64,000 nt of DNA from Nannocystis bainbridge (GTDB taxonomy: Bacteria > Myxococcota_A > Polyangia > Nannocystales > Nannocystaceae), in contig NZ_JAQNDL010000003.1 of NCBI RefSeq assembly GCF_028368995.1, forward strand, positions 1,824,001 through 1,888,000, given 5' to 3'. Positions within the stretch are counted from its first letter, which is position 1, and each line of letters opens with the position of its first letter. Shown here in pieces: positions 20,630 through 30,000 of this stretch. The translations under genes and the position numbers were made by a program. A model generated the notes under the pieces. The model saw nothing but the letters and a program-made list of their open reading frames with translations. It had not been told where the DNA came from and did not search any database.

Positions 20630-21052
20630 GTTCTAAAACGCATGTCCTTCGCGACATGCTGGCGCTCGGGTGCAAGACGCGGCCCCCCGGACGATGACGC
20701 TGGCCCGACCCTGCCGAGATCGAAGCAAGCCTGCTCGCGCGCGAGAGGCGGCAGTACAGCTCCCCGGTGAGACGACGACGACGTGGCGGTCCGTATCGCC
20801 TCGATGCGCGCCGCTCGAAAGCTCACTTCGCCGCGCGCGGGCCCGGTTGTGCCCGCGAGGCCGTCGCGGCTACGCTCGGGCCCCGAGGAGCCGACGCAGG
20901 GCATCGAGTGCAACGCCGACCTCTGCGTCTGCCTCCTGGACGACGTCGACGTCGGCCAGTGCCCGTCGGACGGCGTGTGCATGGACGGCGGCGCCATCTT
21001 CGACAAGATGGCGAGCTGCTGCGACTTCGGCTGAGGCCGCGCGCGCGTCCCG

Positions 21053-22165
21053 TCACGCGCGGCGCTTCTGCTCGCCGAGTCGGGCGATGCAGTGCTGCAG
21101 CGCGTCGCGCAGCCGACCGTGGACGGTCACGTACGACAGGTCGACGCCGAGGGACACCATCGTCTGCGCGATCATCGGATGAATGCCGGTGACGACCCCC
21201 TCGGCGCCGAGCAGACCGATCGCGCGGATCATCGCAATCAAATGGCTGGCCGTGCCGGTGTCGACGACCTCGACGCCGGTGAGGTCGAGGATGGCGAAGC
21301 GGACCCGCAGGCGGCCGACCGCCTGCAGCAGGCTGTCCATGATCTCGGCGGTGCGCACGCTGTCGACGAGGCCGAGGATCGGCACGGTGATGATGCCGTC
21401 CCAGACCTCGATGATCGGGGTCGAGAGCTCGCGGATCACCTCCTGCTGCTTCTCGATCAGGTCGAGCTTGGCCTGCAGCTCGGCCTCGCGGCCGCGCGCC
21501 TCCGTCATGTCGAGCGAGACGGCGACCAGCGCGGCCTCGCCCGGACCGGCGTCCGCGACCGGGATGTACCAGTTCCTCCACGGCACCCCGAGCACCTCGA
21601 CCTCCTCGCCGAGGCACGCCTCGCCCGCGAGCGCGCGCCGCACCCGGCCGTGGCCCGGGTGATCGCCGAACGCCTCGAAGATGCTCAGACCGACGAATTG
21701 CTGCGAGCGGAGCCCGGCCGCGCGCATGCCCTTGCCGTCCTGAAACAGATAGACCCCGTCCCGATCGAGCGCCCACACTGCGGTCTCGAGGTTCTCGATG
21801 ATCACGCCGAGCATCTTCTCGGCCAGCGCCGCGCGGCGATGGGCGGCGACCCGCTCGCTGACGTCGTGGCCGTGGATCGTCGCGCCGGTCGCCTCGGCGT
21901 CGCCCGACAATTGCCACCACGCCTCGAACTGCAGCGCTCGTTCGCCGCGAGCCACCGCCAGCACCTGCGGCGTCTCGTTGTCCGCGACCAGCAGGCCGGA
22001 CCAGCTGCCGGCGACCAGCGGCACGACCTCGCCGAGGTCCCGCCCCAGCACGTCCGCCTCCGTGGCCCCGAACACCTGCTCGGCGCGACGGCTCCAGCCG
22101 GTCACCCGCAGGACATCGTCCACTTCGATCACCACGTGCGGGGCGCGCTTGCTTCGTGCATCCAT
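21053..22165 (-). CDS. PAS-STAS protein (RsbR-like)
   Basis: PAS domains, then ELSTPIIEVW...VPILGLVDS.R...ILDLTGVEVVDT...VTGIHP; alternative start 22183. Confidence 0.88.
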   Translation of the reverse strand: MDARSKRAPHVVIEVDDVLRVTGWSRRAEQVFGATEADVLGRDLGEVVPLVAGSWSGLLVADNETPQVLAVARGERALQFEAWWQLSGDAEATGATIHGHDVSERVAAHRRAALAEKMLGVIIENLETAVWALDRDGVYLFQDGKGMRAAGLRSQQFVGLSIFEAFGDHPGHGRVRRALAGEACLGEEVEVLGVPWRNWYIPVADAGPGEAALVAVSLDMTEARGREAELQAKLDLIEKQQEVIRELSTPIIEVWDGIITVPILGLVDSVRTAEIMDSLLQAVGRLRVRFAILDLTGVEVVDTGTASHLIAMIRAIGLLGAEGVVTGIHPMIAQTMVSLGVDLSYVTVHGRLRDALQHCIARLGEQKRRA

Positions 22166-23149
22166 CGCCCCGTTTCTTATCATGCGCAGGAAACCCCGCG
22201 GCGACCGACAGGACCCCGTTTAAACGGTGTCCCGGATTTCCCGCACACACCGCCTCGCGGTCGTGGCACCCCGCCGCCCCCGGCCCCACATCGGCGGTGA
22301 AGTCTGTGTCGCCGTGCAACGCTCGGCTCGCCGATGCAGACAGCTCGCCTTCGCCCGCCCGTGGCGCCTGGCGAAAAGGACATGTCCACAACCACCGTAG
22401 ATTCATGACATGTCCCTTCGGCCATCCTCACCCCGGCCGGAGACCTGCGCGAAGATGTCCTGATCGCCCCACGGTCAGCGCGGCAATTCCTCGCCGCAGC
22501 GCCGCAGCAGCGCGTCCGCCGGTGGCGTGCGAGTTTGTGGCTCGGCATCAGACGTTCCGGATCAAGGTGCTTGTGGACAAGGAACCGCCAGAGGGCGAGC
22601 GAGCTCCATCCTCGGCCGCTTGATCAAGTTCTTCCAGACACTCGTTGAGCTTCTCGGGGATGTCGGTGGCGGGGGGCGTGCTCCCCGCGGTCGTCGAGGA
22701 CGTCTTGGTCGACGACACACCCGCGGGAGCTTCCTGGACGTGGGTACTGCTGTGCTTCCCGGCGTCGTTGTGGTCAGAGCTGCCGTGCCTCCACGGCTCG
22801 GCAGAACAGGAATCTGGCCGAGCGGGGGTGCAACGAGGGCAGGCTGGTTCGTCAGATGGCGCAGGAGCGGCCCCCAATCCCGGGGCAACCTATAGTGTGT
22901 GAACGGCTTGAGGATTGCGGGGACTGTGGACCGGCCTGACGTCTGGCAGCTCGTTGTCGACCTGCGCAACGCGGGGATCGACGCCCGGTCCGATCACAAC
23001 GTCCCTGCGCCGCATGAGGGCTGGCCCCGGTGAATGGCATTCTCGCGCTCAATGGCGCGCAGAGCGGATCTAAACCACACGCACCGTATTGGCGATGTCG
23101 TCCGCGTACTGATTCCAGACCCTCGGTCGGACCTTGGACACCTGGTCGC

Positions 23150-23492
23150 TGTCGCGCAGACCTGGAGCGTCTCCACCAGCTCTCCAAGACACAGGTCGAA
23201 GCCCGCGAGTCCTGGGGACTCGCGGGCTCTCAAGTGTCAGCAGGATTTCTGTGCCAGGACGCGGGCTTGGGGCGAAAGGCGAGCGCGATCAGGTGGTTGG
23301 CAAAGTCCGTGTCCTACTGCTCGAAGCACTAATCAGCGGACTTTCTCAACCCTTTGATCGCACTCGCAATTTCGCCAAAGCCCGCGTAGATGTTCAAGAA
23401 TTGGCTCCTGTCTCGAGAGCCCGCGAGTCCCCAAGGCTCGCGGGCTTCGACCTGTGTCGTGGAGACGTCGGGGAGACGCTCCAGGTCCACGC
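23150..23492. repeat. Long imperfect inverted repeat (~155-bp arms) centred on the 17-bp core at 23312..23328
   Basis: Left arm GACCTGGAGCGTCTCC...ACACAGGTCGAAGCCCGCGAG...AAAGTCCG matches the reverse complement of 23337..23490; each arm holds an AGCCCGCGAG/CTCGCGGGCT hairpin. Confidence 0.85.
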
Positions 23493-23515
23493 AAAGCCGC
23501 TCGGGCTGTCGGCAC

Positions 23516-24685
23516 TCATCCAGCCGGGGCCCGGATCGTCTCCGCAAGCCTGTCGAGAGCGCCCTCGACCTCGCTCCAGGGCGCGCCGAGATCGAGCCCC
23601 TGTGTGGCGATCGCGTTGGCTCGATCATGCGTTAGGTGCTCCTGGATCCCCGCCGGGCGATCGGGAAACACCAACATCGCTCGTTGGACGCCGTAGCGAC
23701 GCGCGTAGGCGAGGGCTTGAAAGGCGTCGTCCGACGCTGGCGCGCCACCGCGCCGGAGCTTGTACTTGGCGTCGATCACAGCCATCGCCTGGTCGTCGCG
23801 ATACACGACGATGTCCGGCCGGATCTCTATCACCGCCGCCGTGTCCAGGCTGGTCCGTTCTTGCAGCGAGACCCGCCACGGCGGCCCCAGGCGCGCGCGG
23901 AGCGACGCCGACACGAAGCGCTCGAACAGCGGGGCCATCTCCACCACGAAGCTCGCGCCGGGCGCAGCGCCGTCGCCCAGCCCGAGCGCCGTGCCCTCGA
24001 GGATCAGCCGGCACAACGCGTGCACAGGCCGATACGGCTCGGTGAAGCGGTCATAGCGAAACTGGGCGATCTCGGGGGGGCGCAGCCGTGAGAGCGGTAA
24101 AGAGGCGAGGCGGTGACGCAGCTGCGACAGACGAACGGCGAGCGCCGGGCTGCGGCTGCGGCAGATCTCGGTGGTCTGCCTCAGTACGCCGTTAAACAGG
24201 GTATCGAACGTGTATTCCTCGTGACGGCAGCTGAGCTCCGTGACGAGCGCTTCGGGACGGCGCAGGTGGACCGGGAGGTCGAGGCGGCCGCGCAACGCGG
24301 CTAGCCGCTCGTGATGTTCGACGTAGTCACGCCGTAGACCGGCGGCGACGAGGGCCTCGGCGCGGCTCACGAACGCAGCGACGAGCAGGTCAGGCAGCGC
24401 GCCCTCGCCGAGCGTGGTTACGGGTTCAAGCAGGCGAGGCAACTCGGAGGCGGCGGCGAGCATCCGACACAGGTTGGCCACGGGGTACTTCGGGAGCAGC
24501 TCCAGCGTACCCTCGTGCAGCTCCAGGCGCCCGACGACGCCCTTGGGGCTCACGATCCACCGGCCTCCCGCGGCCGGGCGGACATCGACGAGGCGACCCA
24601 ACTCGGCTAGGCGGCGCAGGGAGCTCTCCGAAAGCAACAGCGGCGCGCTGGGCGTCCATTCACGCAACCGAGCCAGCGTGCTCAT
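23516..24685 (-). CDS. mcrC: McrC-family restriction nuclease subunit
   Basis: LELLPK, GLRRDY, RGRLD, MAPLFERFV, IRPDIV...IDAKYK PD-(D/E)xK motif, FQALAYA. Confidence 0.9.
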   Translation of the reverse strand: MSTLARLREWTPSAPLLLSESSLRRLAELGRLVDVRPAAGGRWIVSPKGVVGRLELHEGTLELLPKYPVANLCRMLAAASELPRLLEPVTTLGEGALPDLLVAAFVSRAEALVAAGLRRDYVEHHERLAALRGRLDLPVHLRRPEALVTELSCRHEEYTFDTLFNGVLRQTTEICRSRSPALAVRLSQLRHRLASLPLSRLRPPEIAQFRYDRFTEPYRPVHALCRLILEGTALGLGDGAAPGASFVVEMAPLFERFVSASLRARLGPPWRVSLQERTSLDTAAVIEIRPDIVVYRDDQAMAVIDAKYKLRRGGAPASDDAFQALAYARRYGVQRAMLVFPDRPAGIQEHLTHDRANAIATQGLDLGAPWSEVEGALDRLAETIRAPAG

Positions 24686-24695
24686 CGCCCGCGCC

Positions 24696-26771
24696 CTATA
24701 ACCCACTGACCAGGCGCGGCTCTACGAAGGCCTCGTAGTCGAACGCGCGGTGCAATTCTTCGCGCCCGTGCAGCAGCTCCTCGACCAGGGGGACGACGCT
24801 CGCGCGCCAGATCAACGCCAGGGCGTCCTCATCGAGACCAGGCCGCATAAAGTGACTGTGTCCGATCAGGCGCTCACGGCTCACTCCGTGGCGCCTAAGC
24901 TCTAGATTGAGCGCCCGCATCACGGCCGCGACGGACTTCATGCGCGGCGCGTGACGATCGAGCCAGCGCTCGAGCCGTTCGGGCTCGGGCTCGAGCTTGA
25001 AGAAGTGGAAGCGCCTCCGCAGCGCCATGTCCAGCGGGGCGATCGATTGGTCCGCGGTGTTCATGGTGCCCAAGAGCACGAGGTTATGCGGCACCCGCAA
25101 GACGCGCCGCGACTGCGACAGCGTGACGGGCTCGCCGCGCCGCTCAAGGGCGAACAGCAGCTCTCCGAAGATGCGGGGGAGGTTGCCGCGGTTGATCTCG
25201 TCGATCACGAGCACGTGCTCTCGCCCGAGATCGCTAGCCGCGCGCTCACAGAAGTTCAGGAACACGCCCGGGACCACCGGATAGGTCATCTGCCCGCCTA
25301 CGGGGGTCGGGCGGATGCCTTCGATGAAATCCTCGTAGCCGTAGCTGGGATGGAATTGCACGACCTCGATCCGTGAGCGGTCGCCGCCGCTGCGCAGGCG
25401 GGCGAGGCGCTCGGCGATCCATGTCTTCCCCGTACCGGGGGGGCCGCAGAGCATGAGCTGTGACCGGTCATGCAGGAGGCGCTCCAGATCTGTCAGGTCG
25501 GCGTCCTCAAACAGGGTCTCGGCCAAAAACTGCGCGCGGTCGTAGGCTTCGGAGCCCGGGGGCGTCGGGGACTCGGCGTCGTCCGGCGTCGGGTCGGGCG
25601 AATCGACGTACTCCGGGTGGTCGGCGAAGTAAGCGACGATGTCCAGCCCGACGACCGGTAACTCGTGCTCCACGACGAGGGCCCGCAAGCGCTCGCACGC
25701 GCGGATGTACGAGGGGCCGTCAGTCGGCGCGACGCCGGTCAGGCGCACGTAGCCGCGGGCCAGCATGCCCGACTGCGCGGGGAACCAGCGCTCGGGAGCC
25801 TTGCAGTGCAGCACCATGGTCGGGAACGACATCCCGGCGTTGGACAGCGGGGAGTCCCTGCGCAGACGGTCGATGGTCGCGGCCGCGTCCGCGTCCGACT
25901 CGCAGGCCCACAAGGTATCGATCCAGTGGTTGGCTGCCTCGGCTTGGTCGACGATCCGGTTGCGCGAATGACCGCCCATCGCTTGGCCGAAGCGGGTCAT
26001 GCGCTCGCGCCCATTCTCGAGGTCGGTGTTGAAAAGGCGCATCAGCTGGATCAGGTCCTCGGCGGACAACGAGCGCCTGTTGGCCGCGATGAGCTGCCGA
26101 GCCTCGGCCAGCGCCCGCTGCCGGACTTTGATTCGCGCGGGCGGAAGGTCTCGTCGAGCGCGTGCGATCACTGCCGTGATGTCCGGCTCCTCGCGGCGTC
26201 GAGTAGCCGGACGCGGCAGCGAGCGCCCGAGCTCCGTCTCGAGAGCGCCGAGGAAGCCAGGCGAGTGCGAGCGGTAGAACGAGGTGTCGCGTGACGCCGC
26301 CGCGGCGATGAACGCCTGCGAGGCCGCGCGGACCCGGGGCCACAGCGCCGCGACGTCCTCGGCCGGGAGGTAGAGCACCGCCGCCGGGCCGGTGGATTTG
26401 AAGGTCCACGTCCCCTTGAGGCGAGGCCCGAGCGCGGTCCGCGTCTCGTCATCGAGCCTGGCCGGATCGACCAAGAGAAACAACATCTCGTGCAAGATCA
26501 CCCCCACATACACCAAGCCGACGTTGAGGGTTACGCGCTCCGTGAAGAGGGTGACGGCCCACTTGCGGTCCCCGTGTCCGTGAGCCGGTTCGATGAGCTC
26601 GGCGAACACTCGCAGGACCTCGATCCTCGACTCGGGATGCGGCAGCAGCCGCGCGACGATCTCGGTCGCCGCCGACGGGTCGTCGCGGTCCTTCGGGCTG
26701 GCGCTCGCGCGCTCGTGCTCCGCGACGGCCCCTGCGATGCGAGCTTCGAGCTCCGTCTCCATGGCAGTCAT
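24696..26771 (-). CDS. mcrB: McrB-family AAA+ GTPase
   Basis: GPPGTGKT, VQFHPSYGYEDFIEG, IDEINRGN, GTMNTAD, ALRRRF, IGHSHF; start 26771 or 26762. Confidence 0.92.
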   Translation of the reverse strand: MTAMETELEARIAGAVAEHERASASPKDRDDPSAATEIVARLLPHPESRIEVLRVFAELIEPAHGHGDRKWAVTLFTERVTLNVGLVYVGVILHEMLFLLVDPARLDDETRTALGPRLKGTWTFKSTGPAAVLYLPAEDVAALWPRVRAASQAFIAAAASRDTSFYRSHSPGFLGALETELGRSLPRPATRRREEPDITAVIARARRDLPPARIKVRQRALAEARQLIAANRRSLSAEDLIQLMRLFNTDLENGRERMTRFGQAMGGHSRNRIVDQAEAANHWIDTLWACESDADAAATIDRLRRDSPLSNAGMSFPTMVLHCKAPERWFPAQSGMLARGYVRLTGVAPTDGPSYIRACERLRALVVEHELPVVGLDIVAYFADHPEYVDSPDPTPDDAESPTPPGSEAYDRAQFLAETLFEDADLTDLERLLHDRSQLMLCGPPGTGKTWIAERLARLRSGGDRSRIEVVQFHPSYGYEDFIEGIRPTPVGGQMTYPVVPGVFLNFCERAASDLGREHVLVIDEINRGNLPRIFGELLFALERRGEPVTLSQSRRVLRVPHNLVLLGTMNTADQSIAPLDMALRRRFHFFKLEPEPERLERWLDRHAPRMKSVAAVMRALNLELRRHGVSRERLIGHSHFMRPGLDEDALALIWRASVVPLVEELLHGREELHRAFDYEAFVEPRLVSGL

Positions 26772-27057
26772 GATTAGCCGATGCGAAGCCCGGCCGTATA
26801 TCAGGGCCGAAGGGCTGAGCGCTTCCGCGCGGCGCTCGCCGATGCGCGAACCTGGGCTCTTGCAGAAGTGCCCGGCCCTGTGAGCCCCGCCCGACCATGG
26901 CCGAGGCCGACCTCCGCGGCGGCACTGTCCCGCGGCGAGGGCTGATCGTCCCGAGCGACCCGAACTCGCCTGGTCATTCGGGGGGCGAATGCCGGGGCGA
27001 GAGACCCCCCCGATGAAGATCGCGTCAGAGCGCGACGCGAGGAGTGGTAGAGTCGGT

Positions 27058-30000
27058 ATGGAGATCGAGGTGAGCGCGGAGCTTTCGTTCCCCTGGACGC
27101 AGCAGAACGGCCTGGCGGCGATCCTGGACGACGGCCAGTTGTGGGCCATGGTGCTCACGTTCGGCACCGCTCCGCAGCGCGTCCAGGACCTGCGCAAGGG
27201 CCTGAAGCAGTTGATGAAGCGTATCCGGCGCGGACGCATTGACGTCTCGGACGACGCGAGCTTCGGTCGCGCGATCGCCATGTCGCTTCGCTCCGCCCGC
27301 GATCGCCAGCGCCTCACCGACGAGATGTCGCGGGCCCACGCCGGGTCGCTGACCGACTTTCTCGGACGTCAACTGCTGGCGTGGCTGCTGTCGGACGCGC
27401 ACCGCCACGACATGCTCGGGGCGATCGGCGATGAGCCGGCGCAGGTTGAGCAGGTCCTGCGCGCCGGGTCTATGGATGCCCGGCTGTGGCCCGTCGCCTG
27501 CTTCGCGGCCGCGCGGGCGCTGCTCGAGCCCTCGCGCGGGCGCGACTGGGCCGACGCGCTGCTCGCGGCGCATCCGCAGTTCGCGAAGTTCGTCGCGGCG
27601 GGGCAATCCGACGAGGACGGCGATGTCGGCGATGCCGCAGTCGATGATCCTCCGATCCAGGAGCCGGCGGTGCCGGCGGCGAGCGAGCCGGTCGAGGAGC
27701 GCGACGAGCGAGTGGAGGCGCTGCAGCGGCTGCTGCAGCGGTACAGCGAGTGGACGACGCGGATGTCGCCGGCGGAGCTCGAGCGCGCGCTCGAGTTGCT
27801 CGCCGGACTCGCCGAGGGCCCGCGCAGCGCCTTGCGCGACCTCGAGGCGGCCAGACAACGTTTGCAGAGGCAGATCGACGATCTGCCCGACCACCCGATT
27901 CTGCAGCTGCTGCGGCACGAGCTCCCCGGCGCGACAACGCAGCAGAGCTCGCTCGCCGCGCTGCGGGTGGGAATCGAGCGGCGCGCGGCGGCGCTCGCCA
28001 ACGTGCGGCAGGCTGCCGACCGTATCGAGGTGCTGTGCGAGCGCCTCGCCGTCGAGCCGGAGTGGCCGACGATCCCGGGCGGCGTGCTCGACAGTCCGAT
28101 CGACGAGCGGATCGCGGCACTCGAGCGGATCCTCGACGAGCTCGGCGGCGAACTACAGGCGAGGCTCGCGCGGGTCGACGCCGAGGAAGAGGCCGCCGAC
28201 AGGTTGCTGTCCGAGTGGTCGCAGCTCGACCGCGGCGGCGAGCTGGCGCTCGATCTCGACGCCGAGCTCGCGCCGGCCCTGCACCTGTTGTTGCAGGGAT
28301 GCTTGCGTACTCACCGACGCGAGCGGCTCGCGCCGCTCGTCGCCGATCGGAGGCTTCTGGTCGTGCTGTTCGCCGTGCTGGCGGCACGCGACCGCCCGGC
28401 GGCGTGCTCGTTGCTCGTCGAGCTGGCGCACGGGCTTCGCGCGGAGCTAGTCGCGCCGCTGCTCGCAGCGCTCGATGACGCCACTCTCCACGAACTCGCG
28501 GCTGATCCGAAGCTGCCGGTCGAACTCGGCGAGCGGCTGTTCTCGCTGGCGCTGACCTCGGGGCGCGGCGATCTGCTCGCGGAGCTCGCGCCGCACTTCC
28601 ACGGCGAGCCGGCGATCACTGAACTGTTCCACGCGGTGCGCTTGCAGGCGCGCACGCGCGACCTCGCCGACATCGCGCGGCGGCTGGTGCAGCTCGCCCA
28701 TGAGGTGTCGAAAGCCGCCAGCGATGATTCGCAGCAGCGGGTGCGCGAGCTGAAGCAGAACGTGATCGATCGATTGACGCTGCCACCGGGGATGACGCGG
28801 CTGCATCAGGAGCTGCGGGGATACGCGCAGCAGATCGTGCGTCGGGCGTTGAAGGTCGATGTCGAGGGCGACCATGCGGCGGCGGCGCTGACGGCGTTCA
28901 CGCGAATCGGCACGCTCGACCACATGGTCCAAGTGGCGATCGATCAGCTCGATCCGGTGTCGGTGCGCAACCTCACCGAGATCCACCGCAAGAACACGCG
29001 TACGTTCCTCGCGGAGATCGAGCGCGACCTGCGGGCGTGGGTGACCGCGGCGACGCCCGCACCGGGCGATTCGTTGGCACCGGCGGTGCGCGGGCTGGCG
29101 GCCGCCGGGCGCCCGCGCGGCGAGGCGTTTCTCGGAGCGCTGCGGCGTCTGGGCGACGAGCCAACGATCCAGGCGCTGCTCGCCGGACCAGAGCTTGCCG
29201 ACCCCGAGGGCGAGATCGAACCTGTCCATACAGCCAGCTTTATCGCGCTGTGCGACGGCCGGCCGGTAACGGCCGAGCTGTATGTCGCCGACCGCCTGCG
29301 GGTCGTGCTCGGGCGCGGGCCGGGGAGCAGCGCTGAGGCGGTCGACGAGCTGCTGCGCCGGCGCGTGCTGCACGCAGCTCGACTGGCGGCGGGCGACGAT
29401 CCGGAGCTCCTGCGACGGGTCGACGCATCGGCCCAGCAGCGGCGCGAGGGGATCTTGCGCGAGCACGAGGGGTCGCTCGCCGAGGCCCGCGGCAGCGCAC
29501 CGGACAGCGAGGAGATCGCCGTCCGCCTGCAGCTGTTCGAGGAGGCGCTAGGCGCCGAGGACTTCGAGAACGCCGAGTCGCTGGTGCGCGAGCTCGCCGA
29601 CGATCTGCAGCGGCACCGGCTGCTGCAAGATCCCGAGCGGCGCTACGCGCTCGACTTCCTGCGCGACGCCGGCGGGTCGCCGGCGATCGACGAGCCGCTC
29701 GAGCAGCTGCAAGCGCGTGTCGGTGCGGTGCGGACCGCCAATGCGAGCCGGCGGATGCACATCGACTTCTTGCTGCACGCCTGTGACGACCCAGCCCTCG
29801 GCGCCGCGGTGCAGCCTCACTTCGCCCCGCTGGCGCGCCGGCTCGACCGGCTCTCGCACTGGCCGTCGGACAAGCTGGCGGAGAAGCTGGCCGACTCGAT
29901 CCACGAGGTGAGCCGCTATCTGTTGACGCAGGTGACCTATCGAGCCGAACAACCGGAGACCGTCGATCATTTGCTCGAGGCGCTGCCGCGCTACGTCACA

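Larger units (their letters stand above)
16902..23328. mobile_element. Degenerate integrative element bounded by 17-bp direct repeats
   Basis: Direct repeat cores, integrase remnant at one end, arm-like repeats, cargo largely fragments. Confidence 0.55.

Noticed and set aside
20610-20637. AT-rich palindrome as chromosomal dif site
   Set aside because: Poor match to the conserved XerD arm TTATGTTAAAT
22548-23140. Short ORFs between the STAS gene and the inverted repeat
   Set aside because: No recognisable motifs or RBS; possibly further debris but unassignable
26772-27317. Extended N-termini of McrB (from 27317) and of the large ATPase (from 26989)
   Set aside because: They would overlap divergently and are low-complexity; starts at 26771/26762 and 27058 leave a plausible intergenic region
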